The notes beneath the pieces are model-generated. The model made no database searches. It saw nothing but the letters and a program-made list of their open reading frames with translations, and was not told the origin of the DNA. From Fimicolochytrium jonesii (lineage: Eukaryota), in contig NW_026515670.1 of assembly GCF_025526975.1 (NCBI RefSeq), positions 558,001 to 622,000 of the forward strand: a stretch of 64,000 nucleotides of DNA, read 5' to 3'. Shown one piece after another: positions 38,401 to 50,431 of this stretch. Both the position numbers and the translations under genes were made by a program. How positions within the stretch are numbered: position 1 is the first letter of the stretch; the number at the start of each line of letters is the position of its first letter.

Positions 38401-39976
38401 CTGTATGTACTGTCTGTATGATGGAATCAGATGGACCCCGAACGCAGGATATCGACATCATCGGGCACCTTGGGCCTCTTGTCCGATGCTTCCCAATTTT
38501 GAAGGTATCGTTTATTGAACGACACGACGATCGTTGTACAGGGAACATAAAGCTGTGCCCCCCCTCCAATTGAAATCAATGTCGGTCACTCACGTAAATT
38601 TGGCGTTGCAGCAGTCGCTGATTTATTCCTTCGGGGGGGAACAGCTTTATGTTCCCTGGCTGTAATGTTATTCGCGAACGGTCCAAATTTACGCACGAGA
38701 ATGACTCACCAATGAGCCTGTTCATGTGCACCGGAGGACCCCGGAATGTTGCGACTGACAGTATTCATATAGCAGACAGGGTCCATGTCTAATACGGAGC
38801 GAAGACAGAGTCTGACAGACTCGGACATCGTGAATCTCCTGAGACAGCCGTGGGGAATGCGGGATCCCGAGCTGGATCTTGGAAGAAGAAAAAAAAAAGG
38901 GCATAAACGGGTGAAGGCGGCGAAGGCGGGAGTCCGCGGGCCACAAGTGAACTGACTGATGCCTCGCATATGTTCGGCGTCTCCGTTGTGTTTGTGGCCG
39001 TAGATTATTCAAGAGGCGGCGACGACGGCGAGGGTTCAATCAAGAATCCCAATCTCACGGCGCGCTTTCTGTGCGCGCAGCCGCCTCCAGCGCAACGTGA
39101 ACTTTCATCAACTGGATGGTTTTTTTTCTGTGCGCCAACTGGATCGTTTTTTTTTAACTTGTTCCACAGAGCCACCCTATACGGTGCGTCCAATTTGAGC
39201 CTGCTGTCGATTTTGTAGATCGATACCATGAGCATGTTCATGGGAAGGCCAATTACGCCCGGGTCATTATTACGCATGTAGGAATTAATATCTATCGCAA
39301 ATCGCGGGGACACAGGCAGCGCACACAGCCGGAAGCCTGCGCACGCCGCAAGGAGTTTTGTGGCCTTCATCTCAGCCTGTTGTGCCGGTACGGGGCAATT
39401 GCATGATTGCTGGATGGACTCCGGTGAAGCGGACCTGGGGTTCTGGCAGGACCATGGAGAAAGACAACGACGTAGTGCCTCGAGGCCCTCGACAATATGC
39501 AATACAAAGCATATGCACACCAGGCGCCGGGAATCTACGAGATGCCTGCTAGTTTGTGACCCGTATGTGAAGATATTAGACCACAAAGCAATACGTACAC
39601 CAGGTATACTCGGAAGGCTGCGAGTCTGCGACGGTGGGAGAAAAACTGAGAAGCTTATTAGCGCTGGTCTGCATTCCGGAAGGCCATCCGCGAGACGTCC
39701 GGGTCATTGCCGTTGCGAGATCTGCCTGTAAGATCGCTGCGGATTCCCCAATATCAGCAGAAGAAACTAGAAGCCAAACCAACGCTCACATATCGGTATC
39801 CCATCCTCCAGTTCTCCAACACCATCCAACGTTCGCCACACAGCCTGTTCGCTTAACCATAGGGGCCCTAATCTTATCTTCGAAGCAAGTGTGGACCTGC
39901 GTCATGCAGGCGCCAACGCCTTCATATCAGAATAACCAAATCTGAGCGATATGCGAACTAGCCATCACCTCGCAGA

Positions 39977-42751
39977 ATGACCCGTAGCCACCGCTTGTCT
40001 GGGCGCCAGCCAAAAAGTTCGTCGTCGAACAGGCACGCGCGCCGGGGAGAATCGGCGACCTCGTCGTTCAAGTCCCCTTCAAACGAGAAGACAACCACCT
40101 CCGCAAAACTACCGACCGATGAACCATCAACACTTCTGCACGCGGACCCCACGTCTGAATATATACCACCAGAGGCAACCTCCTCCAAACATTCCCCGAC
40201 AAATACATACCCGCCCGAGGTCGAAACGACGAAAAGCTGCGAAACCTCAAATGCTACGTCAACGAGGATTGATTCGAACTCTGTGAATTCCGCAGTACCG
40301 ACAAGCACAGCGACGAGAGGTCACCGAGGGGCGGACCCAGCGAGAACTACATCAATGCCGAGTGGTGACTCGGGATCAACGACGGGCGAAGTGGGACCGA
40401 CGACATTGGATGAACATGTACATACGGACACCGATGTGATGACATCCACAGAGATGTGGACGGCTCAGGAAGCGACACAAACAACCGAGCCTCAGCCGTC
40501 ACCAACTACAGATGACTGGACGCAGGACCCGGTGGAGAGCCCTACTTTGTCAACAGCCTCATCATCCGGCACGCACGAGTCAATATCATTCGGCCGTCCG
40601 CGACCATCCGGAACACCAAGCGCTTCCACGTTACCATTTACTGATGGCGGGGACCCAACCATATACCCAACCCCGTCGGATGATCCTACATTCACGGCCA
40701 ACGACGGCCCTTCCACGGTGGCCACTTCGGGACCCTTCACAACCGAGTCTCCTCTTTCCTACCCTTATCGAAAAATTTTGGAACTCCCACCAACGACCAC
40801 TAATGATCCTTACGCAGAGCTAGCGCAGTCACTATTACCTGGCGCTACGCATGCCCCTAATAATAATCTCAACAAAGTAGTCCCTACTCCCACCACATCC
40901 GATGAATCGATCATACACCTAGGGCCTCAACGAAGTACGTTTCGCCCCCGTGATGGGTAGTGTAACCTATCTTGTCTCGTTGCGTGTTCTGACTTCATTC
41001 CTATCTTCTTCTCTTCCCCTCTAGTACCACCGACTCCAGATCCCGCGAATACTATGGATCCAGGGCCCGAGCAAATAAGTGTTGGGAAGGAGCCGGCGGA
41101 TATACCCATACCCACGCCGACACCACATGTACCACCATCCCCGGCTCCCGAATCCACACCCCCGCCGATAGGTCAAAGCCATTTGCCCTCAGAAACCGTC
41201 GCAGTGTCTACAGCATCACCGAGCCGGCCTCAACTGCCAGCGCCATTGGAGAAGGCCGTCCCAACCGCCAGACCCCCTTCTGTGGGCTCGATCCAAGCTA
41301 AGCCCTTGCGACCCGCGAATCGCAATTCGACGGGATCTGACAGCAACGATGCAACCACATGGCCGACAGAAGAGACCCCTCAAGACGATAATGGCGGTGT
41401 AAACGGCGGGATCTTTCCCAATCCTGGACCAAGTGGCGGAGTAGGGGGCCCCACCTTACCAAGTTCCCAGGCCGGATTCCCAAAAGCCTACCTAGGCATC
41501 GCGGGTGTTGCGCTCTTCTTCATAACAGCCATTGCCGCGGTCACCGTCCGGTACCGTCGGCGCCATCGACCGTCGGCTGTGCGACCAGGAAAGGTCGGTC
41601 ACCAGGAGATGGTGTTCAAGGGCGGTAAGCCAGTTCCACCGCAAAGCCACGTAGTCCAGGTGGCGTCCGACTCGTCGTCCCTGACTTACTTCATGGAGAC
41701 GTCGTCTACGTCCGGTTCCTTCTTGTGTGAAATCGACGCCTTTCATCCGAGCGCCACCTCACTTCTTATTCAAGTCCCCGAAGGCGAGCTGTGGAATGAT
41801 GGTCCACTGGACTTGATGTCGACAGACTGTCCAAGTGATCTACCACCGCCGCTTATCCCGCTTCGTGAACACTCCGAAACGGACTCTGATACCTCACGAC
41901 CATCCGATATTCTGACTACCTCCTCGCCCATTCCAATGCAAGCTGATGCTCACTCTCGACCGATCAGCCTAGGCGCAAAGGCCTATCAGTCCCTAATCAC
42001 CACCCAAAGCGACGACAGTGGCAGTGACCGCAGCCCCGTGCAGCAGCCGGTTCGCCATCAGACGCGACATGGCGGCTACTACTCACTTGTGGACCATGAT
42101 ACCGGGTCTTATGGCCCCGGTTCCTCAATATCATCGTCGTTGTACACAACGTTGTCAAGCGCACTGAAGGCATTACAAGTTCGACAAAATCGGCGACAAG
42201 CCAGCGAGATGATGGCCAGGCGATATTCACATCGGACCCGGAACAGCGATTCCAGCATATCATCGGGCCCCTCCCTGCGCCGGCCGCAGTCGCTCACGTC
42301 CTCGATGACCGATCAAGACGGATCTTTGTCCACACATTCCTTCATGTCGACGCCCTCGGAGGTCTCCTATGACTCCGCCTTCCCGGATGCGTGTAGCACC
42401 GAGTTCACGTTAGGCAGCGATTCCGTCACTGCCTCTAGTGACGGTGGATTCGGCTTCGCTTCTGATTCCGATGATGATACCCTTCAACGACGGGGCAGTG
42501 CGCAACAATTGCTCATATCCCCCTTCGATGAACCACCGATCGCGGCATCTGATAGCGAACATGAGAATGGACCGGCATCATTCTCTCGCACATCCGAGGG
42601 CGGAAGCGACGTCGTTTCGATGCTTGCCCATGGGCCAGCTGGACTTCTAAACTTTGTTGTTTGCAGAACCATGACTGCTCGCCCACCTTCCAACGTTGTT
42701 GACGACGCGGAAGGCGGCAGCAGTTTGGACACTTCTCATTCGATCGTTTGA
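39977..42751 (+). CDS. Mucin-like Ser/Thr/Pro-rich single-pass membrane protein (cell-surface sensor-like); 5' exon(s) not resolved
   Basis: Two ORFs joined in frame by a phase-1 intron at 40935-41024 (GTACGT...CTGAC...TAG). TM helix LGIAGVALFFITAIAAVTV is followed by RYRRRHR and a Ser-rich tail. Confidence 0.7.
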
Positions 42752-43604
42752 AAGAACATTCCGACACGGCGTAACCTCAATCTACTTCGTATCTCCTCAT
42801 ATCCCCAACATCACGATGGACCTCATAGAGAATCAACAACGCGGTACACATCCGCGACGTTTGTTTCTCTTCCCTTTTTGCAATTCATTCGTAGTCATTT
42901 TAATCTCACTTCTGTCGCTAAATAACCTCCCGATCTTCTCCCCTGCCACTTTGCGGGGCCTGCATCCCGTGTACTCTCTTCTCTGTTCATGTTATTTCCC
43001 CTTTCAGGGTAGTCTTGGTTCTTCATCTTTGCCCCCATCTTTCTTGTTTTGCGTGCACATGTACCCTTCCCCTGTATAACTGGGTTTTTGGGGCCCTTAC
43101 TGATTCTCCGCTAGTAAAATATGCCCAAGTCAGAAATTCCTGGGATGTGTTATGAACTACCCGCTGGGCCACAGCAACACGCTAATCCGAAACTCTACAG
43201 TGGAGGCACAAACAGCGGTTTACAACATACCTCTTGACTCTTGAGCCAGGCTTTCATCATATTCCGGTTGAGCCCGGCGGATGCTTTGTGTCTGTATCGT
43301 AATGTGGTACAGGTGTGATTGAGATGGAGGCTTTTCTTTTGACACAGGACACAAGAAATTGCCAGCGAGTGCTGTTGAAATGATGCCATCAAGAAATGGA
43401 TGGCCGCTCCCACGGCTTCGCTCCCACTTTCCCACCACACAACATCAACACTCGGCAGACCACATCCTCTGGCCTCCCTCCTGCCGCCTCTTTTCGCGGA
43501 TAGATCGCAGAGAAGTAGGGCCACCAGTCCTGCTGCTGTGAAAGAAAGAGAGAAAAACAAAAAGAACCAGGCATAATCGCATCAGCAAGCGCGGAACTTA
43601 ACCA

Positions 43605-46116
43605 ATGGATCCCTCCGCCGACGCAAACTCCGCCAATGCCGGAGCTACTCGGCAGCAGTATCGTGCTGTGTCGTCTTATAAGCCGGTAAGCGTTTTGCAT
43701 GAACCGCCGTGGTTGTCTAGAAGGTGTTTCCGAAAGGAATGGACGATAAGTGCTTACACCCGAATCCCACCTAGGTCTACGCGGACGAAATAGCTCTTTC
43801 GACCGGCGATATTGTTTTGGTTGTTCAGGTAGGTGGAAACAAACAGGACTAGCGTTGACGAGGAAAAGGTTGTTCTAACGAGCATCCCCCTTCCGGCTCC
43901 AACAGGCATATGACGATGGCTGGATCACTGGTCACAATGTGAATACCGATGCGCGCGGTCTGCTCCCTTTCAACTTCCTTGTACCAGTGAAGAAGGACGA
44001 TAAGCAGGCTTCTCCTGCCTCTGTCATCAATCCTGCGTCTGGACCCACTACCAATAATGGGCAGAGCGAAACCTCTGCGAGCACAAAGCAGGACAAGCCT
44101 GTGGGAGGTCCACAGGCAGCCACCACCACCGAAACAGGGACAGTGGAGCGACAGAGCGCTGAAAGTCCTGAATCTGGCCGGGAACCAGCTGAGCAGATTG
44201 AACCTAAAAAGCTCGCTCGGATGTCTTCGTTGATTGGGAAAAGTCCGGTTGACATCGACCTGCAGAAACCTTCCAGGGATTCTTTCGAGACGGCCAGTCA
44301 ATCATCTGCTTTGAGCAAGCCCTCGTTGGCGCGGAACGAGAACTCACCGCCGATGAGTCGAAATGGAAGTGTCAAAATGGCAACGCCAGAGTTCAACACG
44401 CTGACGTCCACAGCGTCCGCGGCGGCAACGCCGGCTACACCCGCGAGTCTGCGGACCACGCCGGAGGCTTATAACAAGACATCCACGCCACCGGTGCATC
44501 AATCCGGTGGGAGCTCCTTGGAAAGGAGGACTGGGCCAAGCTCTTTGGAAAGGAAGATTGAAAGCAGTACCTTGGGAACTGGCCCAGCCCCGGGAACCCT
44601 TAAGGAGGCGAAGAAGGGTGCAGGGAGCTCCAGACCTCAGCCGGATGTTCCAAGCCTATCTCCGGAGGAAAGGCTTCAGCAAACAAAGACGAAGCTGCAG
44701 AAAGTAAAGTTGAGCAGAGCCGCGCGGGCGCGGCCTCCGTCAGCCATTGGGGTTTTGCGATTCACTGTTGTTGGAGATTCTGGGATTGGAAAGGTACGGA
44801 TGACCGATGAGGTTGAGTCTCCCCACCCTTTCCCGTACTGACTGACAATATCCTTGTTCGAATCACAGACTTCTTTGATTCGCCAATTCCTTGCGAGCTC
44901 TGAAGTGAAGCGCTTCGAACCTGCAGCTGGGGAGCCAAGCTTTGCCACGGAAATCTTTTCCGCGTCTACCGGCGAATCTGGCAGCTCTTCCATCGACGAC
45001 CTGAACCTTCACTTTGTCGACACCCCTGGATTTGGTGCGCAGATGGACGCGATGGCCACGATCCAGCCTGTGGTCTCATACCACATGCAGCAATTCGAAG
45101 TTACGGATAACGTCTTTGTCCCGGACATCAACTCGGCGGTACTGCACCGCTTCCTGTTGACGCCAAACGGGGGTCACACCCACGTTGATCTCTCCATCTT
45201 TGGTATTCTGCACAGGATAAAGCCTGTAGATATCGAGTACATGAAGCGGTTGGCCCCGTACGTGGCCGTATGCCCTGTTATCCTGAAGAGCGATACCCTC
45301 ACGCGGAACGAGCTCTTTCGCCTCAAAGTCTCCATTCTGGAAGAAGTGAAGCGCGCCGGCGTGGAGATTTACGGTTTCGGCCTTACGGTGGATGAGCTCA
45401 TCGATCTCGCCAAGGCTGGGGTGGATGGCGTCGTTCCGTTCGCCGTCAGCAACCCCGTCTTACTCCCTACGGACCGCTTCGGCTCGCCGGACCACCCACA
45501 AGCGTCGAGCTCGGGGCAAACCACCACATTGAGCGACAAGATCAACGAATTCAAAATGCTTAAGAACCACATCCTCTCCCTGGACGTGGACGACTTCCGC
45601 GCTGTGACCGCGGGCAAATTTGTTACGTGGCGGGAACAAAAGTTCGCCTCATCCCGCCAGCGGGCAGAGCAGGACCGCATCGCGGCTGAGGAGCGCGCAC
45701 TGGCCCAGGCGCGCGCCCAAGCTCAGGCGATGATTCAGGCGCAGATGGAGCGTCAGCTGCAATCCCAGCAGCAACAACAGCATCAACATGCTGACGACGG
45801 GTCCTTTGGACGCGGCTACCCATCCCAACCTCAACATTCGGGACAACATCAACAACACCATCAGCAGCAGCAACAGCAGCAACAATTCCTCCAGCAACAG
45901 CAACAGCAACAGCCACGTGAACAACAACAGTACGGTATATACCAGCAGCAAAACACCAGTAAATCGGCGACGGGACCCAAGTTTTTGAACAACCTCTTTG
46001 GACGGAAAGGCTCTACTCCCAACTCGTCGCAAACATCTCCGAATGGGACGCCGTCGTTGCAACGATCGGCGCAAACCCAGAGCAGACGGCCGAGTGAGGA
46101 CCCGAATCGATATTGA
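43605..46116 (+). CDS. SH3 domain plus septin-like GTPase with Gln-rich tail
   Basis: Exons 43605-43685, 43775-43828, 43906-44793 and 44869-46116 join in frame. SH3: YRAVSSYKP..DEIAL..GD..DDGW..GLLPFNFL. GTPase: GDSGIGKTS, VDTPGFG, KPVDIEYMKRL, PVILKSDTL, PFAV. Confidence 0.85.
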
Positions 46117-46720
46117 ACATTGGACTTCCTTCCGTTTCGTTTTACCCATGGTCGGGAATGGACTTCATATACCGATATACCGACTGCTGCACCTTTCTCG
46201 TATTCACCCTGGACCACTCCCCATTTCTCATCCCTAATAAATAATCACACGTTGTAACTCCATGCTTATCCCTCCTCATCAAGTTGTCACGGACCGTACC
46301 GACACTCATGTTTCCATAGATTTTGGCGGCGTCTGTGTCATAGAATTACATATGGAATTGATGGACTGTATACTGACGCTCGCTCCCAGAGAACACGCAT
46401 ACCGAGGAAAGCACTCGAGTGCGGCATAAAATGGGGCCTCTCATTCAAACTCCACGGGTGTGGTTGTTCTGCGCTCGATCGGTCGCCTCGCTTCCACCTC
46501 GTCTCTCCACATTGCCATCTCCCGCTTCCCATCTTCGGCCCACAGTGTTGCTTCCTCATAACAAAGATTCCACTTCGGAAACGGTAACCGCGATCTCCCC
46601 CCAGCAAGAAGGTTCTGTACAAGAGGGCATGTTCCGACGAATACAAATATATTTACTGTGCGAGCATGAAATGAGCGATGGCGTGGGAAACCGTCTAGTC
46701 TTAACCCTTCTTCTTGGAGA

Positions 46721-47805
46721 CACCGACGGTCTTTCCTCGGCGACCAGTGGTCTACACGGGAAAAAGAATGTTGAATGAGTCAAAGGCATTCCATATGGCA
46801 GAAGTCAGTGTTCGGACATACCTTGGTGTGTTGACCACGGACACGCACACCCCAGTGGTGACGGAGACCACGGTGAGCACGGATCTTCTTCAGCTATATG
46901 ATCGGCAAAACAGGGGGCTATCAGCTTCCGCATTCGGTTTCGTCAACAAAAAATCAATGAGATACATACACGCTCAAGGTCCTCACGGAGCTTGTTGTCA
47001 AGACCATTGGCAACAACTTGGGAGTACTTGCCGTCCTTGACATCCTTCTGCCTGTTCAAGAACCAGTCAGGAATCTTGTATTGGCGGGGGTTTTGGAGGA
47101 TGACAACGACACGCTCAAGCTCTTCGTTGGTCAATTCACCGGCACTAGGAAAATCGAGCCCAAGTTTAGCTTCCTTCGTTCAGAACCTCCCCACCAAAAA
47201 GGCTTTCGAAAACGGGACCCGGCGATACATACCGCTTGCTGAGGTCGATGTCAGCCTTCTTGCAAACAATGTTGGCGTAACGCCTACCCACACCCTTGAT
47301 GTGGGTCATGGCGTACATGACCTTACGCCTGCCATCGATGTTGGTGTTGAGCAGACGAAGAATGTGCTGGAACTGACCCTTGTCGGGGACCGTGATGGAC
47401 GACTATAGAAGAGACAGAGCCCTGGGTAAGCTTTTCCGTTCTCTGTCCCATACGCCCTCAGCTGTCGCGCATAGGTCCATTCGTCGTTGTGATCATCGAT
47501 GGTGTAATCCACTGATTGCCCTGCCGAATCCCTCGACCATAGGTCTTTCACCCCGCAGGTATCGCCTTTGCTGCTCCGCTGAAAGGGGAATACTCCCTCC
47601 CTACCGCCCGTTTCGCCAATTCTCCCCGTAATTTCGATTCCAAACTCCACAATGCCTCTCGCAACCATCCATGGTCCATCCATCCATCCATCCATCTCGG
47701 CGTCGATATCGGGCTCAAAATGCGCCCGCTGTTCGCCCAGCCGTTCGCTCTACCATCGTGATGCCGGATTGGTGTGTCTCTGCTGCATGTCTCGTTACGC
47801 ACCAT
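46721..47805 (-). CDS. RPS18: 40S ribosomal protein S18 (uS13)
   Basis: First exon is the ATG alone (47803-47805). Motifs: [70 protein letters not shown]. Confidence 0.97.
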
Positions 47806-48389
47806 GTTTGCGAAGCCTTGTTCGTCGAAAAGGACCTTTAATCGAACGGATGCAAATGACTGGACGAATTTGGCTGGCTGCTGATTTAAATCTGTGTCCC
47901 TCGCACGTGCGCGTTTAAAAGGAACCATCCTCCCTCACAACTTCAACATCCACACAACATTGGGAGCCGGGATGATCGCTATGGCTGCAAGGACTTGCCG
48001 TCGACCGAACTCCATTCTCACACCCGTTGATTGGAAATTGCAGGCCATCCATCTTCGCACATTCAAGCCCGCCGCAAGCGGAACGTCCACTCAGACTGCC
48101 ACCTGTATCGGAAGCCCGTGACAACGTTGCTCTCAGAAACCTATCACAACCTTGAGCATCCCGTTGTGGGCACCGTTGTGGGCAATGCCAACCTCCATGA
48201 TCACAACATCTACAGGCAACCTCTCTGAGGGAAGTGTTTCCACCAGATCCACGGTGGAAGAAACAGAATGCTGGGCCACATCAGACCCAGCTTCATGTAT
48301 GTGGGTCAGACCTATCCTCATTTGTGCCTGGGTGTTCGTTTGGGCCAGCGTCTTCCGGCTGATGCCGTCCCCGGGAGTGGTAGGCAGTA

Positions 48390-48727
48390 CAGTAACTTCT
48401 CGTTTATTTCAACACCGTTGACCCTTGAAATAAGCGAAAGTTAAAATATCTGAAATCCTCCTCATACTAAGGGTATACAAACAGGTGCGCAACTAAAACG
48501 TACGCTAAGCTCGGTGAACAGGCACTCCCTAGGCTAACCCCATAACCTCCAACCCTTCCTCAATAAGAATCTGGCGAGCAATGAACTATTCAGTGTGCTC
48601 AAGCCTCGTGCTCTCAGTGTTGTCAAAGTCAATGTTACCCGAACCCTAACCCTAAACCCTAACCCTCTGACCGTTGAAATAAGCGAAAGTTGAAGTAACC
48701 GGAATTGAAATAAACGAGAAGTTACTG
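48390..48727. mobile_element. MITE / non-autonomous Tc1-mariner/pogo-like DNA transposon (338 bp)
   Basis: Perfect 23-bp terminal inverted repeats CAGTAACTTCTCGTTTATTTCAA / TTGAAATAAACGAGAAGTTACTG, with TA on both flanks (48388-48389 and 48728-48729). AT-rich interior with no ORF. Confidence 0.9.
48642..48666 (+). repeat. Interstitial telomere-like (CCCTAA)n tract inside the MITE
   Basis: The sequence reads AACCCTAACCCTAAACCCTAACCCT. Confidence 0.8.
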
Positions 48728-49363
48728 TACAGGGAGAGCCAAGCCAGTACCAGCAGCTTCAACTTCACATTGTGTTCTGGCCCGTTCTGCAACCGGTGGA
48801 TAGATCTAGCTATGCTCAAGCCATTCCAAACCAGCTCTTGCCATTCCTTGGCAGCGGCGCGGACACCTAGAGATTGTGTGGGCTGTTCCGTGCATGCTCC
48901 ATGTCCGGTTTTGCCCAGTGCGTCCAGCTGTGTTACTTACTGTACAGTACCTAGCGCAGCGAAGACAATGCCATGGACGTTCCTGGCATGACGATAAGGT
49001 CCGATTCTGAGCGCTGTGTTGGAGGTCCGAGTCCGATGAGTGTATTGTGACGAGGCGCGGGAAGTCAACTCAAGTGCCACTGTAATCTGATGGGCATGCG
49101 CCCTGCGGATATGCAGATGTCAAGCGTCTTGACTCGATAAGAACCACACGATGATGCAAAGGTAGTGCTCTGGGTTATGCGAAGGTGTATTTTTCGAGTT
49201 TACCAGCTGGAAGAGTTCCAGGTTCTGTAGTGTCCTTCGGCCATGCTATAATTCCAACGCTCGTTACAGTAGGGAAGTGGAGAGTGTAGCGTCCAGAGAG
49301 TAAACTAAAGTAGGAAGGTCATCGTTATGGAACAAAATCCCGCATCATGGAAACTACCATCCG

Positions 49364-50431
49364 CTATGAGGATGATGAATCGCTACTAGTTCCCGACGGG
49401 GTTCGAAGAGCAACCACGGCCCTTCCGACGCCACGGCACTCGCTATCCGGCCTCGCTTTCCGTAAATGGCGTCGTAGGTTGCTAAGTACACTGAACCGCG
49501 CGCTACAACTGCAGTGAAAGGGCTTTTCGCCGGTATGGGTGTAAGAATGCGTTTTGAGGCTGCTTGGCCGCGAGAAGACTTTCGAGCAGTCTAGGCACGG
49601 GTATTGCGGAGTTGGTTTGCGAGCCACTGCCAGTTGTGCGATTTTCCGATCGTCATTGGCATCTCTTGCCGAGCGGCTGGTCTTTCGTTTCGCCGATACA
49701 TGCTCGATAGAGTCGGGAGATGAAGGGCATGGGTCAGATCCGGAACTCAGAGTCCGCTGTGGTATAAATGATGGAGGCGGTGGTGATGGTAGAGAGAGTC
49801 GGGCGGTTGTGCGGGGCGAATGTTGGTTGCTAGCTCGCATTGGGACATGTGGCGCTTCTGCCCTAGGTGGATGCTGAGAATGTTGATGGTTGTGGTACGA
49901 GATTTCAGGGCCTGCCGGAATGGGTGCAGGTTGATGGGACGGAGGCTCATGGTAAAGCGATGGCATGTACAATGGGAGTGGGTGTGCTGGCGGACAGCAC
50001 GGGTGCGTTGCGTAGCATGGCGCACTTGGAGTCGGGACGTTGGGATGGTGGTGAGTAGGGTAGCATGCCGGGACGCCAGACGAACACCACTCTCCGCAAG
50101 TGTTGGCTCGTTGAGGGGTCGGTGGTGGTGGCGGAGGAAGAGGGTATGCGTATGGTGCGGGTTGATGATGAGGGATGGGATAGTTGCTATGGCCCGCTCG
50201 CGGATTGTTGTAGGGGGCGGTGGTGACAGCAGGCGGCGACCTGGGTGCCAGACATACTGCTGCAGGAGGATGGCGAAGCGGTTTCGGCACCGGCAACGGT
50301 AGCGGAAAGGGTAGCGCCAGCTCCCGAGGACTGACGGATAAAGGGAGTGTTGGTGGTGGGAACGTCGAGGCCGATAGTGGTGGTGGTGGAGCCGGGCTCT
50401 CAGCGAGGATATCACGGATCGACGGGATCAT
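49364..50431 (-). CDS. C2H2 zinc-finger transcription factor
   Basis: Fingers: YPCLDCSKVFSRPSSLKTHSYTH-TGEKP-FHCSCSARFSVLSNLRRH. Pro/His-rich N-terminus beginning IPSIRDIL. Confidence 0.88.
   Translation of the reverse strand: MIPSIRDILAESPAPPPPLSASTFPPPTLPLSVSPRELALPFPLPLPVPKPLRHPPAAVCLAPRSPPAVTTAPYNNPRAGHSNYPIPHHQPAPYAYPLPPPPPPTPQRANTCGEWCSSGVPACYPTHHHPNVPTPSAPCYATHPCCPPAHPLPLYMPSLYHEPPSHQPAPIPAGPEISYHNHQHSQHPPRAEAPHVPMRASNQHSPRTTARLSLPSPPPPSFIPQRTLSSGSDPCPSSPDSIEHVSAKRKTSRSARDANDDRKIAQLAVARKPTPQYPCLDCSKVFSRPSSLKTHSYTHTGEKPFHCSCSARFSVLSNLRRHLRKARPDSECRGVGRAVVALRTPSGTSSDSSSS

Noticed and set aside
35500..39900. Many short overlapping ORFs
   Set aside because: No recognisable motifs or consistent exon chain; treated as intergenic or regulatory sequence.
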